Shown: positions 44,190 through 58,278, counted from the first letter of the stretch. The stretch is DNA of 64,000 nt from Octopus vulgaris (GCA_951406725.2 OX597814.1:2356001-2420000), one strand, 5' to 3'. The notes: generated by a model from the letters alone, not told the origin. Translations and numbers: made by a program.

Positions 44190-44650
44190 TAATAATTATA
44201 ATTATAATTATAATAATGATGATGATGATGATGACGTTGATAGTAATAATAATAATAATAATAACAACAACAACAACAACAACAGTAACAACCACACTGC
44301 CGCTTTAATTATTGTGATGTCCCATAAATAGTTATTAGGTAAAATTGAAATTAATTCAGCTGCAAACGGCTTGATTCACTGACAAACCTATCTGTGACAA
44401 TTATCTCTTAATACGACTCCCTCCTCCCCCTTATACCCAAACACGCACACGCACACTCACACTCACACATATCAGTCTGTGTGTGTCGTCTCGCTCTCTT
44501 CCAATCTCTCTCTCTCTTTCTTCTCTCTCTTTAGCGGTCCACCTTTTGTCGTTGTGTTCTTACTCTCTCTCACCTTCCCTCCCATCTCTATTCCCGCTGT
44601 TCTCTTCCTCTCCCTTTCGCCCTGCTTCTCTTTTCCTACGCACATGAAGA

Positions 44651-44682
<32 letters not shown>

Positions 44683-44776
44683 TTCTAGAATCGACAGCAA
44701 ACTCTCCAGAACAGACCGCCACTTGCAGACTTTGTGATTGGAACCAACACCGTTACCATCACCACGGCTGCTACTG

Positions 44777-44830
<54 letters not shown>

Positions 44831-44947
44831 TTACTACTTCTACTACTGCTGCTGCTGCTGCTGCTACTGCTTCTGCTGTGCTGCTGCTGTTGCTGCTGCT
44901 GCTACTACTAGTACTACTACTACTACTACTAGTACTACTGCTGCTGA

Positions 44948-44995
<48 letters not shown>

Positions 44996-45784
44996 AGCTG
45001 CTGGATGATAGCGATATCACAACAGCAGCAGCAGCAGCAGCAGCAACAACAACAACAACAGCAACAACAGTAATACTAACAATATGATGTAAATGATGAG
45101 AGGGAAAGATGTGGCTGTTTATATTTGTTTTCATATTTTGTATAAAATTTATTATTCTTCTTTCATTAATTATACCGCCATTTTGTTTTGGCTTCTGCTA
45201 GAGCTATCCTCATTGTTGCTGTTGTTATCATTGTTGCTATCGTCGCTATTTTTGTGGTAGCCATTTCGTTGTTCTTGTTGCTGTTATCGTTGTGAAGGTC
45301 GTAACGTTAGTGTTGTTGTTGTTGCTACTGTAGTTGCCATCATTGATCTTGCTGTTCTTGTTGTTGCAATATTCTTCGTCAACGCTGTTTTGTCGTCGTT
45401 GTTGCCATCTTTATTTCTACAGTTTCTATTACCATATTTTTTTTTTTGTGGTTATGAATTTATTTTTAGCTAAATTATTACTGGACTTCAGTTGTTCTTT
45501 TCTTTTTCTTTTTAATTCCATTTTTATTTTTGCTCGGCTTTTTTTATTTATTAAATTTTCGTATTCATTCATAGAGTGAACCAATCAAAATTTGAAACAT
45601 CTCTTGAAAATAACTTACTTCTACTCCGCCCTTTCACGAGAACCCATGGTACCGTTTGTGTTAGAATGTGATATATCATGGCTTAAATAACCCTGGTACC
45701 GCGGCATTTCTTTGAAATCCTCAAACAAAACAAACCCATCCATGATACCAAACAAATTTATTCTAAAAAAATATATATATACTT

Positions 45785-45950
45785 AGGCACAGGCGTGGTA
45801 GTGAGGTAAGAAGCTTGCTTCACAGCCACATGATTTCCGGTTCAGTCCTACTGTGTGGAACCTTGGGCAAGTGCATTTTACTATAGCCTCGGGCTGACCA
45901 AAGACTTGTGAGTAGATTTGGCAGACGGAAACTGAAGGAAGTCCGTCATT
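45785..45950 (+). mobile_element. SINE family A head
   Basis: Homology to other copies. Confidence 0.8.
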
Positions 45951-46874
45951 CTTTGTGTTGTATGTCCTGTACTCTCTTTTTCGTTGTTTGAAAAAAAAGT
46001 TCGTTTCCATGTTTCTGTTTTTATGTTTTCGCTTCTCATTGTGTTCAACGTTCTTTTTTTTATGTCCTGTACCCATATATGCACGTATATATACATATAG
46101 ATGTAGGTATGTATATATATGTATGTATATATATGCATATATTTATACATTATTTATATCATTATATGATCGAACGCCACACATCCTTTTCCATGTAAGT
46201 TTTATCTTAATAATTATGATGCGCACTCTTCTACCTTTACTATTTCTTCTCTGTCTATCTCTCTCCCTCTCTTGTTCTTCATCCTTTCTGGTTTTCTCTC
46301 CCACCCTTCCATATTCTTCTCCTCTTCCCTTCACCGTTCCCTCTCCCTTATTTCTTTTCCCTCTCGTCATTGAGACGTGATCAGAGGGAAGCCATCTTTC
46401 CAACTGCTATCTTCACCAAGACCAGACCAGCTTATTCTGTCTCTTTCATATTCTTTGGAAAATCCGTTACGAGCATGTTTTTAGAAGTCTCCGAGTTTTC
46501 CTTCCCTTCTGGTCTCTTCCTTTTCCTGTTGAACCTGTTCGTTTATCAGATTCTTATTCTTTGAACTTTTGACGTAGGGGCCTGCAAATTAAGTTTTTGA
46601 AGTCATAAGTATTTTAAGTTTCGCACAACGGATTTTTAAAGTGATGCAAGAAAGAAAGCAGTGTGAAAACATATCATCAAAATATAAGTAAATACGTTAA
46701 AATGCAGTTAGTAATCTAGTTTTGATTAATTACTATGCGTTAGGACATGCGTAACAAACATTTTACGTATACGATTGTATTACGTAATATATTTCGCTAT
46801 TCACGTAAAAAAACTCGATATTTTCATATCTTCAGTATTATATGTGAAAATGCACATCCAGAAGGATGGTGAAT

Positions 46875-47136
46875 ATTCTTTTCTATTCTAGACATAAGGA
46901 CCGAAATTTTGTGGGAGGGACAGATGAAATAACGCTAAGCATTTCACCCGGCGTGCAAACGTTTCTGCCAACTCACCGCCTTTAAATAATCTCATCTTTT
47001 CTATTGTAGGCACAATAGGATGAAAGGATGAAAGGCAAAGTCGACCTCGGCGGAATTTGAACTCAGAACGTAAAGACAGACGAAATACCGCTAAGCATTT
47101 CGCCCGATGTGCTAACGTTACTACCAGCTCCACCAC
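46875..47136 (-). mobile_element. Two deleted SINE family B copies
   Basis: Homology to other copies. Confidence 0.8.
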
Positions 47137-47422
47137 CTCAAGGACGGTGAATATTGTTAATAAAATTTTGATGTTCATTAATAATTGAAATGCCGTTTCA
47201 TGTTGTAACACATTCTATCTTTCAAGTATGACAAATCTGTTATTTGTGTTTGAATTTGGAAGTCTTTGATTATAAACCGATATGTCTACGAGAATTTGCT
47301 AATTCCAATGTTTTACTAAAGAAAAATATGAGATGTCTGAGTGCAGTACGATGTTATACTTGTCTGAGTGACAAACTTCACACAGCTGTTCACTACCTAT
47401 TATTATTATTATTATTATTATT

Positions 47423-47464
<42 letters not shown>

Positions 47465-47480
47465 ATTATTATTATTATCA

Positions 47481-47524
<44 letters not shown>

Positions 47525-47543
47525 GTTGTTGTTGTTGTTGTTG

Positions 47544-47600
<57 letters not shown>

Positions 47601-47601
<1 letters not shown>

Positions 47602-48126
47602 CGTGTGACAGAGCAGTGCATGTCATCAAAGTGACATTGGGGTAAAATATACGAAGCCCAATACCGCCATCATGACTACCGGTCTGTAAGGGTACACCAG
47701 GCACATGCATCACAACCATATGTGTGCGACATGGTGGTTTTATATCAAGATAAACAGCGCATGACCTTGCAAGTGGGGCCCAGTTAGAATTTTCTTATCC
47801 CGTTCAAAAGGTCCCTGAATAAGGGTTGTTAAAGGATGATGAACAAAACACCTATGTTTCCAAACAATTCCTCTCAAAGAACTCCTCTCAACACATGGCT
47901 GTGATCCTCCACTACATCTGCTCGTGATCAGAGATGCTCATATCGTCAGCCACTAAGGGACATGCTCAACTGGTTAAGATCAAACAACTGACAAGCAAAT
48001 CTGTGGTATTGAGCAGAATATTTCTTGCAGCTCACCTTTCATACCACGACAAAATATGTTAACACTTTCAATTAGTTGAGATCAGAAGCCACGAGAGTCA
48101 CTGCCTGATACAGCATCAGAGCATTT
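47601..48126 (-). mobile_element. Unclassified ~525-bp non-coding insert with (TAA)n tail on the minus strand
   Basis: Complex sequence sharply bounded by (TAT/TGT)n and (CTT)n tracts; no ORF. Confidence 0.5.
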
Positions 48127-49379
48127 CTTCTTCTTCTTCTTCTTCTTCTTCTTCTTCTTCTTCTTCTTCTTCTTCTTCTTCTTCTTCTTCTTCTTCTTCT
48201 TCTTCTTCTTCTTCTTCTTCTTCTTCTTCTTCTTCTTCTTCTCACGGGATCGATATTCTAAGAACAAAACGAAATATTGCGGATGGCAGGACTGAACAAC
48301 AAATCGTTGAAAGAAGATGGCTGCAGTATGGCTGTCGTCCAGTGAATGGAACTGGTAAAAAAATACGAAACTAAGACGTAAAAAGTACTCAAGTGATTAT
48401 TGTAAAATTACTTTTGCCAGTTTTTATAAAAGAAGTTTAAGTCAGTGAATCACTGACTGACAAAACTCCCCAACCCAGTCATGTCTGACAAGATGGTTAA
48501 TAATATATCGTACCATTGAGACCACTCCTTCAGATTTAACCTGGGGCTACACAACAACATCTAGCATGTTTAACGCTGTGCCGCCCCCACTCATCTACAG
48601 ACAATTCTTTGCCGCCGCCATTTTAGTTCACAAACCATTTAAGCCCGTTTTCAGATCAACTCTCAATTTCTCCAAGATCACTCATTTGATGAATAAACTG
48701 TCAGAGACCATTATTTCTTGACAAACGGCTCGACTTTATAAATCTCATCTGAGCAGACGGCTGCACCACGAACAACAACGAAGAAAACAACAACAGCAGC
48801 AAACGCCGACGACAGAATTGTTAATAAGAACAATATTAGCATCCACAATCTCCATCAGCATCACCATCGATGTCTACATGAAAAACCAACGACATATTCT
48901 GAATCTGTGCATTCTTTATCCACCGGTTCGTTCGTTCATTTATATGTTTCTACATTTCAATACATAATTGACATGACAAGCCTACAGAGCGGCTGGCCTG
49001 GCTGCTGGAGAGGAAGGAAATAACGACTTAAGGATTACCGTTGTTATAGTCAACAACGCCTATTTACTGTAATCCCAGTTGTATTCCGACAGAAAGTGGT
49101 CTCAGTAACAGAGACATTAGACGGTGTAACCTCAATGCTAAACCACCACTGAACGATCGATTCCAGGGCTTTGTGAGGTTCTTTTCAGCTTAACCTGCGC
49201 ATTATTTTTTTTATTACATTACAGGATATAATTTGTAGTAATTGTGTAGTAATAGGTACAAAAACATTTTCTATTTCTATTGTTCGCATTACTGGTTCAC
49301 CGAAAATAAATAGTTTTCTGCGAATAATCAAATATTACAGATATAGTTTGGGAAACTGGGATATACTCTATCTCGGGGG

Positions 49380-49824
49380 TACCTGTGCGGTAAGGAGCTT
49401 GCCTTCCAGCCACATGCTTCTGGAGTCAGTACCACTGCATGGCACCTCGGGCTAATGTCTTCTACTATAGACTCGTGCCAACCAAAACTTTGTGTGTGGA
49501 TTTGGTAGACAGAAACTGAAAGGGCCCGATTTCCCGGTTTCTGTGGCGTATGTGGTCCCTCCAGCTGGACGGGACACCAGTCCATCGCAGCGTTACTCAA
49601 GAAACAGGAAGAAAGAGTGAGAGAAAGCTATAGCGAAAGAGTACAACAGGGTTCGCCACCACTCCCTGCCGGAGCCTCGTGGAGCTTTTAGGTGTTTGCG
49701 CTCAATAAACACACACAACGCCCGGTCTGGGAATGGAAACGGCGATCCTCCGACCGCGAGTCCGCTGCCCTAACCACTGGGCCATTGCGCCTCCACACAC
49801 ACAAACAAACACACACACACACAC

Positions 49825-49917
<93 letters not shown>

Positions 49918-50150
49918 AAATAGAAAGATGAATAATCTTGTAGTAGATTAATCAAAAGTTTAACCGATACTTGGTAGCAAAAATCACAGCAGTATTATAG
50001 CCCCTTGGTGTCATAACTCAGTGGTTCGCCAAAAACGACCGATAGAATAAATACTAGGCTTTAAAAAATGTGTACTCTGGTCGATTCATCTGACTAAAAG
50101 TTCTTGAAGGCGGTGCAGTCTAATGACAGAAACAAGTAAACAATAAAAAA
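49380..50150. mobile_element. SINE family A head (+, 49380-49521) and tail (50005-50150) around a family C copy (-, 49522-49794)
   Basis: Homology to other copies. Confidence 0.8.
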
Positions 50151-50466
50151 ACAAAAGATATGAATGGATACGAAGCGCCCCCCTTTGAAGTAAAAACGCT
50201 TTTGTATTACTAGAATGTTGGTTGAGCAATGAATAACCATCATATTTTGGTCAGAAAAACAATTCCTGTCCAAAATTGCGGTTGTTATTTAATATTGTAG
50301 TTTTTATTTACTCATTATGACATGGAAGAAAAGGAAGCTACACCCCTTAAAACCTGAAAGAATGATGAGGATGTAGAATTGAATTACTTGCTCAACGATA
50401 CTGACAAGACACGTGAAGGATATAGATTCTTTCAGCTAGACTGTCGTATGTCATAGACTAATCTAA

Positions 50467-50655
50467 CAAAGTATCCTTCGCGGATCACCAGACCCAAAGT
50501 TTCGACATTTTTGCGCTTCCTCAGCGACGAATACACCGGACTATCAAAACCAAATTCAAGAATTGTTTGTTTCAGTATAGAAATCTGTAAACAAAACATT
50601 CACTGATTTGTATGAAAGCTACTCAGGTTAAGATTTATACGGAAAGAATAGATGG

Positions 50656-50714
<59 letters not shown>

Positions 50715-50765
50715 CCGTAAGTGATAGTGAGGTTGATGAAAAAGGAAATGGTGATAACGATGCCA
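50467..50765. repeat. Local duplication copy 1 (copy 2 at 53388-53679)
   Basis: CAAAGTATCCTTCGCGGATCACC...GGAAATGGTGATAA is nearly identical in both copies. Confidence 0.93.
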
Positions 50766-50823
50766 CAGATACGGCTACAATTCATGAAGGCTACAGTGCT
50801 ACAACGGTATTCTAAAACGACGA

Positions 50824-51053
50824 GGCGGCGAGCTGGCAGAAACGTTAGCACGCCGGCCGAAATGCTTAGCGGTATTTCGTCTGCGTTACATTGTGAGTTC
50901 AAATTCCGCCGAGGTCGACTTTGCCTTTCATCCTTTCGGGGTCGATAAATTAAGTACCAGTTACGCACTGGGGTCGATGTAATCGACTTAATACCTATGT
51001 CTGTCTTTGTTTGTCCCCTCTATGTTTAGCCCCTTGTGGGTAATAAAGAAATA
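50824..51053 (+). mobile_element. SINE family B monomer with 16-bp TSD
   Basis: TSD GGTATTCTAAAACGAC (50806-50821) / GGTATTCTAAAGCGAC (51054-51069). Confidence 0.93.
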
Positions 51054-51286
51054 GGTATTCTAAAGCGACTCACCCTGGCACCAAATCTAAACACGTCTAC
51101 AACACATCATATCATAACTACAATACTATCCTGCAATCCCCAAAAGAACAACCTTGTCACACACCGTGTCGCGCTGATTCTACCAAAAAACACGTTAAGA
51201 ATACATATACTTGCGGAATACTCGGCGACTTATACGTTCGTACAATGAGAACAGCTGAACTGAAACCGACGGAAAATATAATAATA

Positions 51287-51457
51287 GGCGCAGGGGTGGC
51301 TGTGTGGTAAGTAGCTTGCTTACCAACCACATGGTTCCGGGTTCAGTCCCACTGCGTAGCATCTTGGGCAAGTGTATTCTGCTATAGCCTCGGGCTGATC
51401 AAAGCCTTGTGAGTGGATTTGGTAGACGGAAACTGAAAGAAACTCGTCGTATATATG

Positions 51458-51488
<31 letters not shown>

Positions 51489-51680
51489 GTGTTTGTCTCC
51501 CTAGCATTGCTTGACAACCGATGCTGGTGTGTTTATGTCCTCCGTAACTAATCGGTTCGGCAAAAAGACCGATAGAATAAGTACTAGGCTTACAAAGAAA
51601 AAGTCTTGGGGTCGATTTGCTCGACTAAAGGCGGTGCTCCAGCATGGCCGCAGTCAAATGACTGAAACAAGTAAATGAGT
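51287..51680 (+). mobile_element. SINE family A, full length
   Basis: Complete head and tail. Confidence 0.92.
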
Positions 51681-51689
51681 ACATATTTT

Positions 51690-52644
51690 TGTTTGGAATA
51701 CCTCGAAGCACACATATAGAGCTATTAATAAAATACTGGGTTGAAAATCTCTTTTGGACAGAAAAAGCGTTGAAGGCTGCTGCTGGGACTGGAAACCGTA
51801 TCTCCTATAAATATGACATGCATTCTACTCCCGTACCAAAGCAATCTTTTGAATCTCTCTAAAACAATTTTGGTAATTTTACTCTTACCGGTGAGAATTG
51901 TATGTCGTTGATGTCATGAGAGTTTTATAAACTAACTAGCAGTGTCGCCCGGCGTTGCTCGGGTTTGTAAGGGAAATAACTATATAAGCATTTTTAGAGA
52001 GTTATAGCCAAAAGATAGCAAAAAAATGCATTAAAAATGGAAAAAAAATTATGGTAATTTTTTTTTTAAATCGTTGACTCATCGTAGACATTTTTAGAGA
52101 GTTACTTCCCTTATATAATAGCGACAAAATGCATTAAAATGGAAAAAAATGATGGTAAATTTTTTTTAATCGTAGACTCATCGTAGACGCGCGCTAATAC
52201 CCAGAAGGGCTCGATATGAATAACGACTATAAGATACCCGGTTTTGGTTAAACTGCACCGCAAAATGTGGGAGTAGTTAGGAATCTAAATCGTAGGAGAC
52301 AGACACACAACTTGACTTTTATATATAAAGATTTAGTTCCTCTTCTCTTTAAAGTTTCTAAAACACTTATGATGCCAACAACGTAGAAGTATCGCTGGTA
52401 AGAATAAAGTTTCTGAAATTGAGAGAAATTCGAAGATTGGCCCAATGGTAGAACGTCTGACATGTCTATAGGGAGATGTGGGTTCGAGTCCATCAAGCTG
52501 CCTTTGAATTATCTATCCAAAAATGTTTTTTAGAATCAATATTTACATGCTATTATTTATAGCTCTATGTATGTGCTTCGAGATATTCCAAACAGAATTA
52601 TTTCACGTTCTCTCGAAAGTTTATAAAATTCTTATGACATAAAC
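51690..52644. mobile_element. Old inverted plus partial tandem ~265-bp unit containing tRNA-like A/B boxes
   Basis: Arms 51690-51933 and 52353-52594 are diverged reverse complements; unit restarts at 52608; A-box 52438-52448, B-box 52481-52491. Confidence 0.7.
51936..52331 (-). mobile_element. Non-autonomous Helitron with internal ~105-bp tandem duplication
   Basis: A|TC...hairpin-CTAG|T boundaries on minus strand. Confidence 0.85.
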
Positions 52645-52688
52645 AGCATACATATACACGCACAGACATATATATTTATATATATATA

Positions 52689-53194
52689 CTAGCAGTATCG
52701 CCCGGCGTTGCTCGGGTTTGTAAGGGAAATAACTATATAAGCATTTTTAGAGAGTTACTTCCTTTATAGATGCCAATTCGGGCTTTCTTAGCCATTTCCG
52801 TTTTGGTGTCTTCAAGCCATGAAGTCGTTGTTCTAAAAGAACGCTGGTCTCCTTGACAACGCATTACGACGTTGATTTCCTTAAACTCCCTTCCCCACAG
52901 GGAGGGAAGAAGGGGGAGAAGCAAACACAGGTGCAGGTGTGAGCGTGGACGCCAACTCCGCCGCCATCGACACACGAAACATTATGCATTAAAATGGAAT
53001 AAAAAATGATGTTAAATTATTTTTAAAATCGTAGACTCATCGTTGACGCGCGCTAATAGCCAGACGGGCTCGATATGAATCACGACTATAAGATACCCGA
53101 ATTTGGTTAAACTGCACCGCAAAATGTGGGAGGAGTTAGGAATCTAAATCGAAGGGGACAGACACTCACACAACTAGAGTTTTATATATATAGA
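52689..53194 (-). mobile_element. Non-autonomous Helitron with an extra internal segment
   Basis: A|TC...hairpin-CTAG|T; termini shared with 51936-52331. Confidence 0.85.
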
Positions 53195-53387
53195 TATATG
53201 TACCTACGTACATACACACACATGCACCTCCCATATATTTATACTGTCATTTAGACATACATATGCAACGTTTCTACAAGCGTCTCTAAAGACTTAGATA
53301 TGCACTCGGGTTTCCAACTCTTCACTCCAATCAATATAAAATGTTTAGTTGATCTCGGTGGGTACTTAACTCAATTCGAAAAAACCG

Positions 53388-53679
53388 CAAAGTATCCTTC
53401 GCGGATCACCAGACCCAAAGTTTCGACATTTTTGCGCTTCCTCAGCGACGAATACACCGGACTATCAAAACCAAATTCAAGAATTGTTTGTTCCAGTATA
53501 GAAATCTGTAAACAAAACATTCATTGATTTGTATGAAAGCTACTCAGGTTAAGATTTATACAGAAGGAATAGAAGATGATGATGATGATGAGGAGGAGGA
53601 GGAGGAGGAGGAGGAGTAGGAGGAGATGCCGTAAGTGATAGTGAGGTTAATGAAAAAGGAAATGGTGATAATGACGCCA
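53388..53679. repeat. Local duplication copy 2
   Basis: See 50467-50765. Confidence 0.93.
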
Positions 53680-53716
53680 TTTGAATATATTTTATTTAAA
53701 CCGAGATGATAATGTG

Positions 53717-54145
53717 GGCGTAGGAGTGGCTGTGTGGTGTAGGCATAGGAGTGGCAGTGTGGTAAGTAGCTTGCTTACGAACCACATTGTTCCGGATTCA
53801 GTCCCACTGCTTGGCACCTTGGGCAAGTGTCTTCTATTATAGCCTCGGGTCGACCAAAACCTTTGGTAGACGGAAACTGAAAGAAGCCCGTCTTGTATAT
53901 GTATATGTATATATATATATGTATGTATGTGTGTGTATATGTTTGTGTATCTGTGTTTGTCCCCCCAACATCGCTTGACAACCGATGCTGGTATGTTTAC
54001 GTCACCGTAACTTAGCTATTCGGCAAAAGAGACCGATAGAATAACTACTTCGCTTACGAAAAAGAAGTCCTGGGGTCGATTTGCTCGACTTCAGGCGGTG
54101 CTCCGGCATGGCCACAGTTACATGACTGAAACAAGTAAAAGAGTA
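53717..54145 (+). mobile_element. SINE family A with duplicated head start
   Basis: GGCGTAGGAGTGGCTGTGTGG-like sequence twice, then body and tail. Confidence 0.9.
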
Positions 54146-54490
54146 AGTGTAAACAGTAATGTCTAGGAAACCTCTGCGTATCGAACCTTCGCACTTCACT
54201 TGCCTTCTTACACGCCATTCGCGATGTATTGTAGGAATCCCTAGGTGCTCTTGCTGACTTGCTGAAAATAGCAGCCACAACTCACTCAAACCACACTTGA
54301 ACTGACTGTCGTGGAAACCGTAAGTTGAATAATGCGCTCATCTGCCTGGAACAAAAAAAAAACAGATGATCCCGGTCGGATTGCGATTGATCTTAAATTT
54401 TCTCGATCGGTGATTTTTTTTTACCTTGGGTTAAACAACACTAGGAACACCAGCATCAGCAGCATCACAACCACCAGCACCACCACCGCT

Positions 54491-54530
<40 letters not shown>

Positions 54531-55339
54531 GCAATCACAGTCAATCACCATATTTTTAATTTCCTCGGTCTATTCTCTTGAAGATCTCCATCATTTTCAT
54601 TTCTCCCCACCTCCTCTCTCTCTCTCTCTGTCCCCTATTTTGTATGTTTAAGCCCTCTGCTGCTATATCTCATCCGTTTGAAACACCCTGCTAGTCTATA
54701 TCTCTTTGCGTCTCTCTATCAAACAAGTTGATTGTTAAACAAGTATCTTTAACATGAACCGCAAACACAAAGTTTACAACAGTAAAGAAATAATTAAAAC
54801 AAAAAACACGTCCCCAACAACAATAACAACAACGATACAAACGGCAATTGTAATTCCAGCATCCGCCTCCCCACACAGTTCTTGTAGCAAGGCCTAAAGC
54901 CAAACCTTACGAAATCTTGGAGCGAAACTTGGAGTAAACCCATAAATGATAGCAGAAGACAAAGAGTAACAAAAAGCTCCAGCCGTACCGACCACTCCTA
55001 ACCAACACCCAACTGGAAATTCAAGTGAAAATTCTAACTTCCATTCAACAAATTTTGGAAGGAATCATATTAAAAGAACAGGCGGAGTCATTCTGTCGGT
55101 GAAAGAATGGCAGATAACGCCACACACCACAGAATAATGCCACGCTTTATCTGGAATGCAGTTCCAAACACTTAGAATCAAAACGATGCGCTGTAAATAG
55201 TTCATTACTCTGTTTGCTTTGTTTTTTGTTTGTTTGTTGATTTCTTTGTTTTTAATTAATAGAATTTCAATAATTAATTAATCCTTCTACAACATTGATC
55301 TCGAATTTTGCTGACACACCGCTATTCAGAAATATCGCC

Positions 55340-55678
55340 GTAGTCATCGTAGTGGTGGCGGTGATGTTTGGGGGGGGGGGGGTTGGCGGCAGCGGCGGCG
55401 GTGGTAGTGGTCGTCGTCTTAATCATCATCATCATCATCATCGTCATCGTCGTCGTCATCATCATCCTTCTTATTAATAACATCATTAATAACAATAACA
55501 GCAACAGTAATTACAGTAATGATAATAGTAATAACAATAACAACAACAACCACAACAACTATGAATTATAATGAAAATAAACAATAATAGCAATATCATT
55601 AACATTACGAATATAATTATAATTACAATCATAATTATTGTTATTAATTTTACAGAAAATTATCATTATTATTATTAC

Positions 55679-55765
<87 letters not shown>

Positions 55766-55810
55766 CATTATTATTATCATTATTATTATCATTATTATTA
55801 TTATCATTAC

Positions 55811-55855
<45 letters not shown>

Positions 55856-56027
55856 CATTATTGATATTTTAAAAACAATAACAACAATATATTGAATTAT
55901 AATAGTAAGAAGGATAATATGAAAAGATGATGATGATGATGATGATGATGTCGCTGGTGGTTGTGGTGGTGGCGGATGGTGATGGGTGGTGGTGGTAAAC
56001 GTCTTAGGATGGTAATTATTATTATTA

Positions 56028-56059
<32 letters not shown>

Positions 56060-56286
56060 GACGAGGTTGATGTTAATGATGCTGGGGATGATAATAAAGC
56101 TCACGATAGGAATAATAATAATTAACGATGATTATACGGATTAGCGTTTTTGGTGGTGGTGGTCGTGGTGGTAGCTGTAACGGTGGTCGTGGTGGCGATT
56201 GTGGTGGCGTTTACAGAGATGACGGCGAAAGCGACGAAGAAGGCTGATGCTGCTGCTGCTGCTGATGATGATGATGATGTCGCTGT

Positions 56287-56337
<51 letters not shown>

Positions 56338-57093
56338 CGATGTCAATGTTTATGATGGTGATGGTGATGATGATGTTAATGATTTTCTAATTAGGTATGA
56401 ATCCTTAAAATTACAGTGGTTTGTGGATGACGAATTTAAATGATGCTGCTGCTGTGACTACTGCTGCTGCTGATGCTGTCGATCATGATGATCATTACGA
56501 TGATGATGATGATGGTGTTGGTGGTGGTGGAAGCGGTGGTGTTGGTGGTAGTGTCGTCAGTGATGATAGTGATGATGATGATGATGATGATGATCATATC
56601 GTCATCATCATTGTCACATCATCATCATCATCATCAACTTGTCGATGGCGGTGCCAGTGGTATTGGTGGCCAGATTATAATTGTAATGGCGACGGTCGTG
56701 GTTGCGATGGTGGCGCTAACGATGGTGAGATAAGATCTGTCTTTTTTGGAAAAAAAAAAAAATTATATTTATTTGTATATACTATTTTATATTTTTTTTT
56801 TTTTTCAAATGAAAAAAAAATATTGTAATTAAATTTATTCTAATAAAATTCTTCGTTCGAAACAATACTCTGTAGAATTCTTTGCATATAATTTCAATAT
56901 TAATCTATTGGAGGGAATCAAGAGAGAAGTTTTGCAGCTTCTGTCCACGTGACTCAATTGTTAGCGAAATCTCTTCGACTGAAAATTGAAATGCTGGCGA
57001 ATTGCTTTACAAATGGTTGCCGAGAAATATAACGATAAATATTGATACATATATATATACGAATAATCATACCTTTTGTATGAACATATACAT

Positions 57094-57132
<39 letters not shown>

Positions 57133-57169
57133 CATACATATATATATACATATATATGTATATACACAC

Positions 57170-57206
<37 letters not shown>

Positions 57207-57353
57207 CATACATATATATACACATATATATGTATATACATATATATATATATATATATACATACAAACAAACACAAACAGCCACACACGCATATGCGCG
57301 CGTTTATGGTGATTTCATAAACCAGTTCATAGGCATGTATACATAGATACATG

Positions 57354-57394
<41 letters not shown>

Positions 57395-57525
57395 CAAAAT
57401 ATATGTGTTGTGTGTGTGTATGTATATATGTGTGTTCCTTATACATGGCTATGTATGTATGTATATATGTATGTGTAGGTATGCATGTATCTTCCAGATT
57501 ATGCTTATATTTACTTCTACTCAAG

Positions 57526-57578
<53 letters not shown>

Positions 57579-58036
57579 ATTATATATATACACACACATA
57601 TATATATATATATTTATATATATGTGTGTGTATATGTATGTATGTATATATATATATACCGACACACGTATGTGTATATAAATACGTGCTGATGAGTGTG
57701 TATAAATGTGCGTGCGTTCATTACTTTCAGGTTTGTTTACATAATCATACATTTAAATATGAATTTCTAAAAATCATATGTAAATTCATGTGCACCATGT
57801 ATGTATATTCATAACGACATCTAATTTTATGGAGCTCTAAGGGTATACACGCGTACACGCACAATGACACACGCACACACATGCACACACGCACACACAT
57901 GCACACACACACACACATGCACACACACACCCGCTCGTACAAACAATTTCGTACGTATATCACAGCATTTTACAGGTTATATTTACATGATATATGTATG
58001 TATGTATGTACGTTCACGTGTGTGTGTGTGTCTGTT

Positions 58037-58073
<37 letters not shown>

Positions 58074-58278
58074 CTATACAAATATATATATACATATACA
58101 CACATACATACATGCATATATATACATATATATATATATAAATATATATATATATGTATGTATCTATATATATATATATATATATATATGTATTTATGTA
58201 CCTATTTATCTATCTATCTATTTATGCATCAATATTTATATTTGTATATGGATATTTATATATGCATAGGTACTGACA

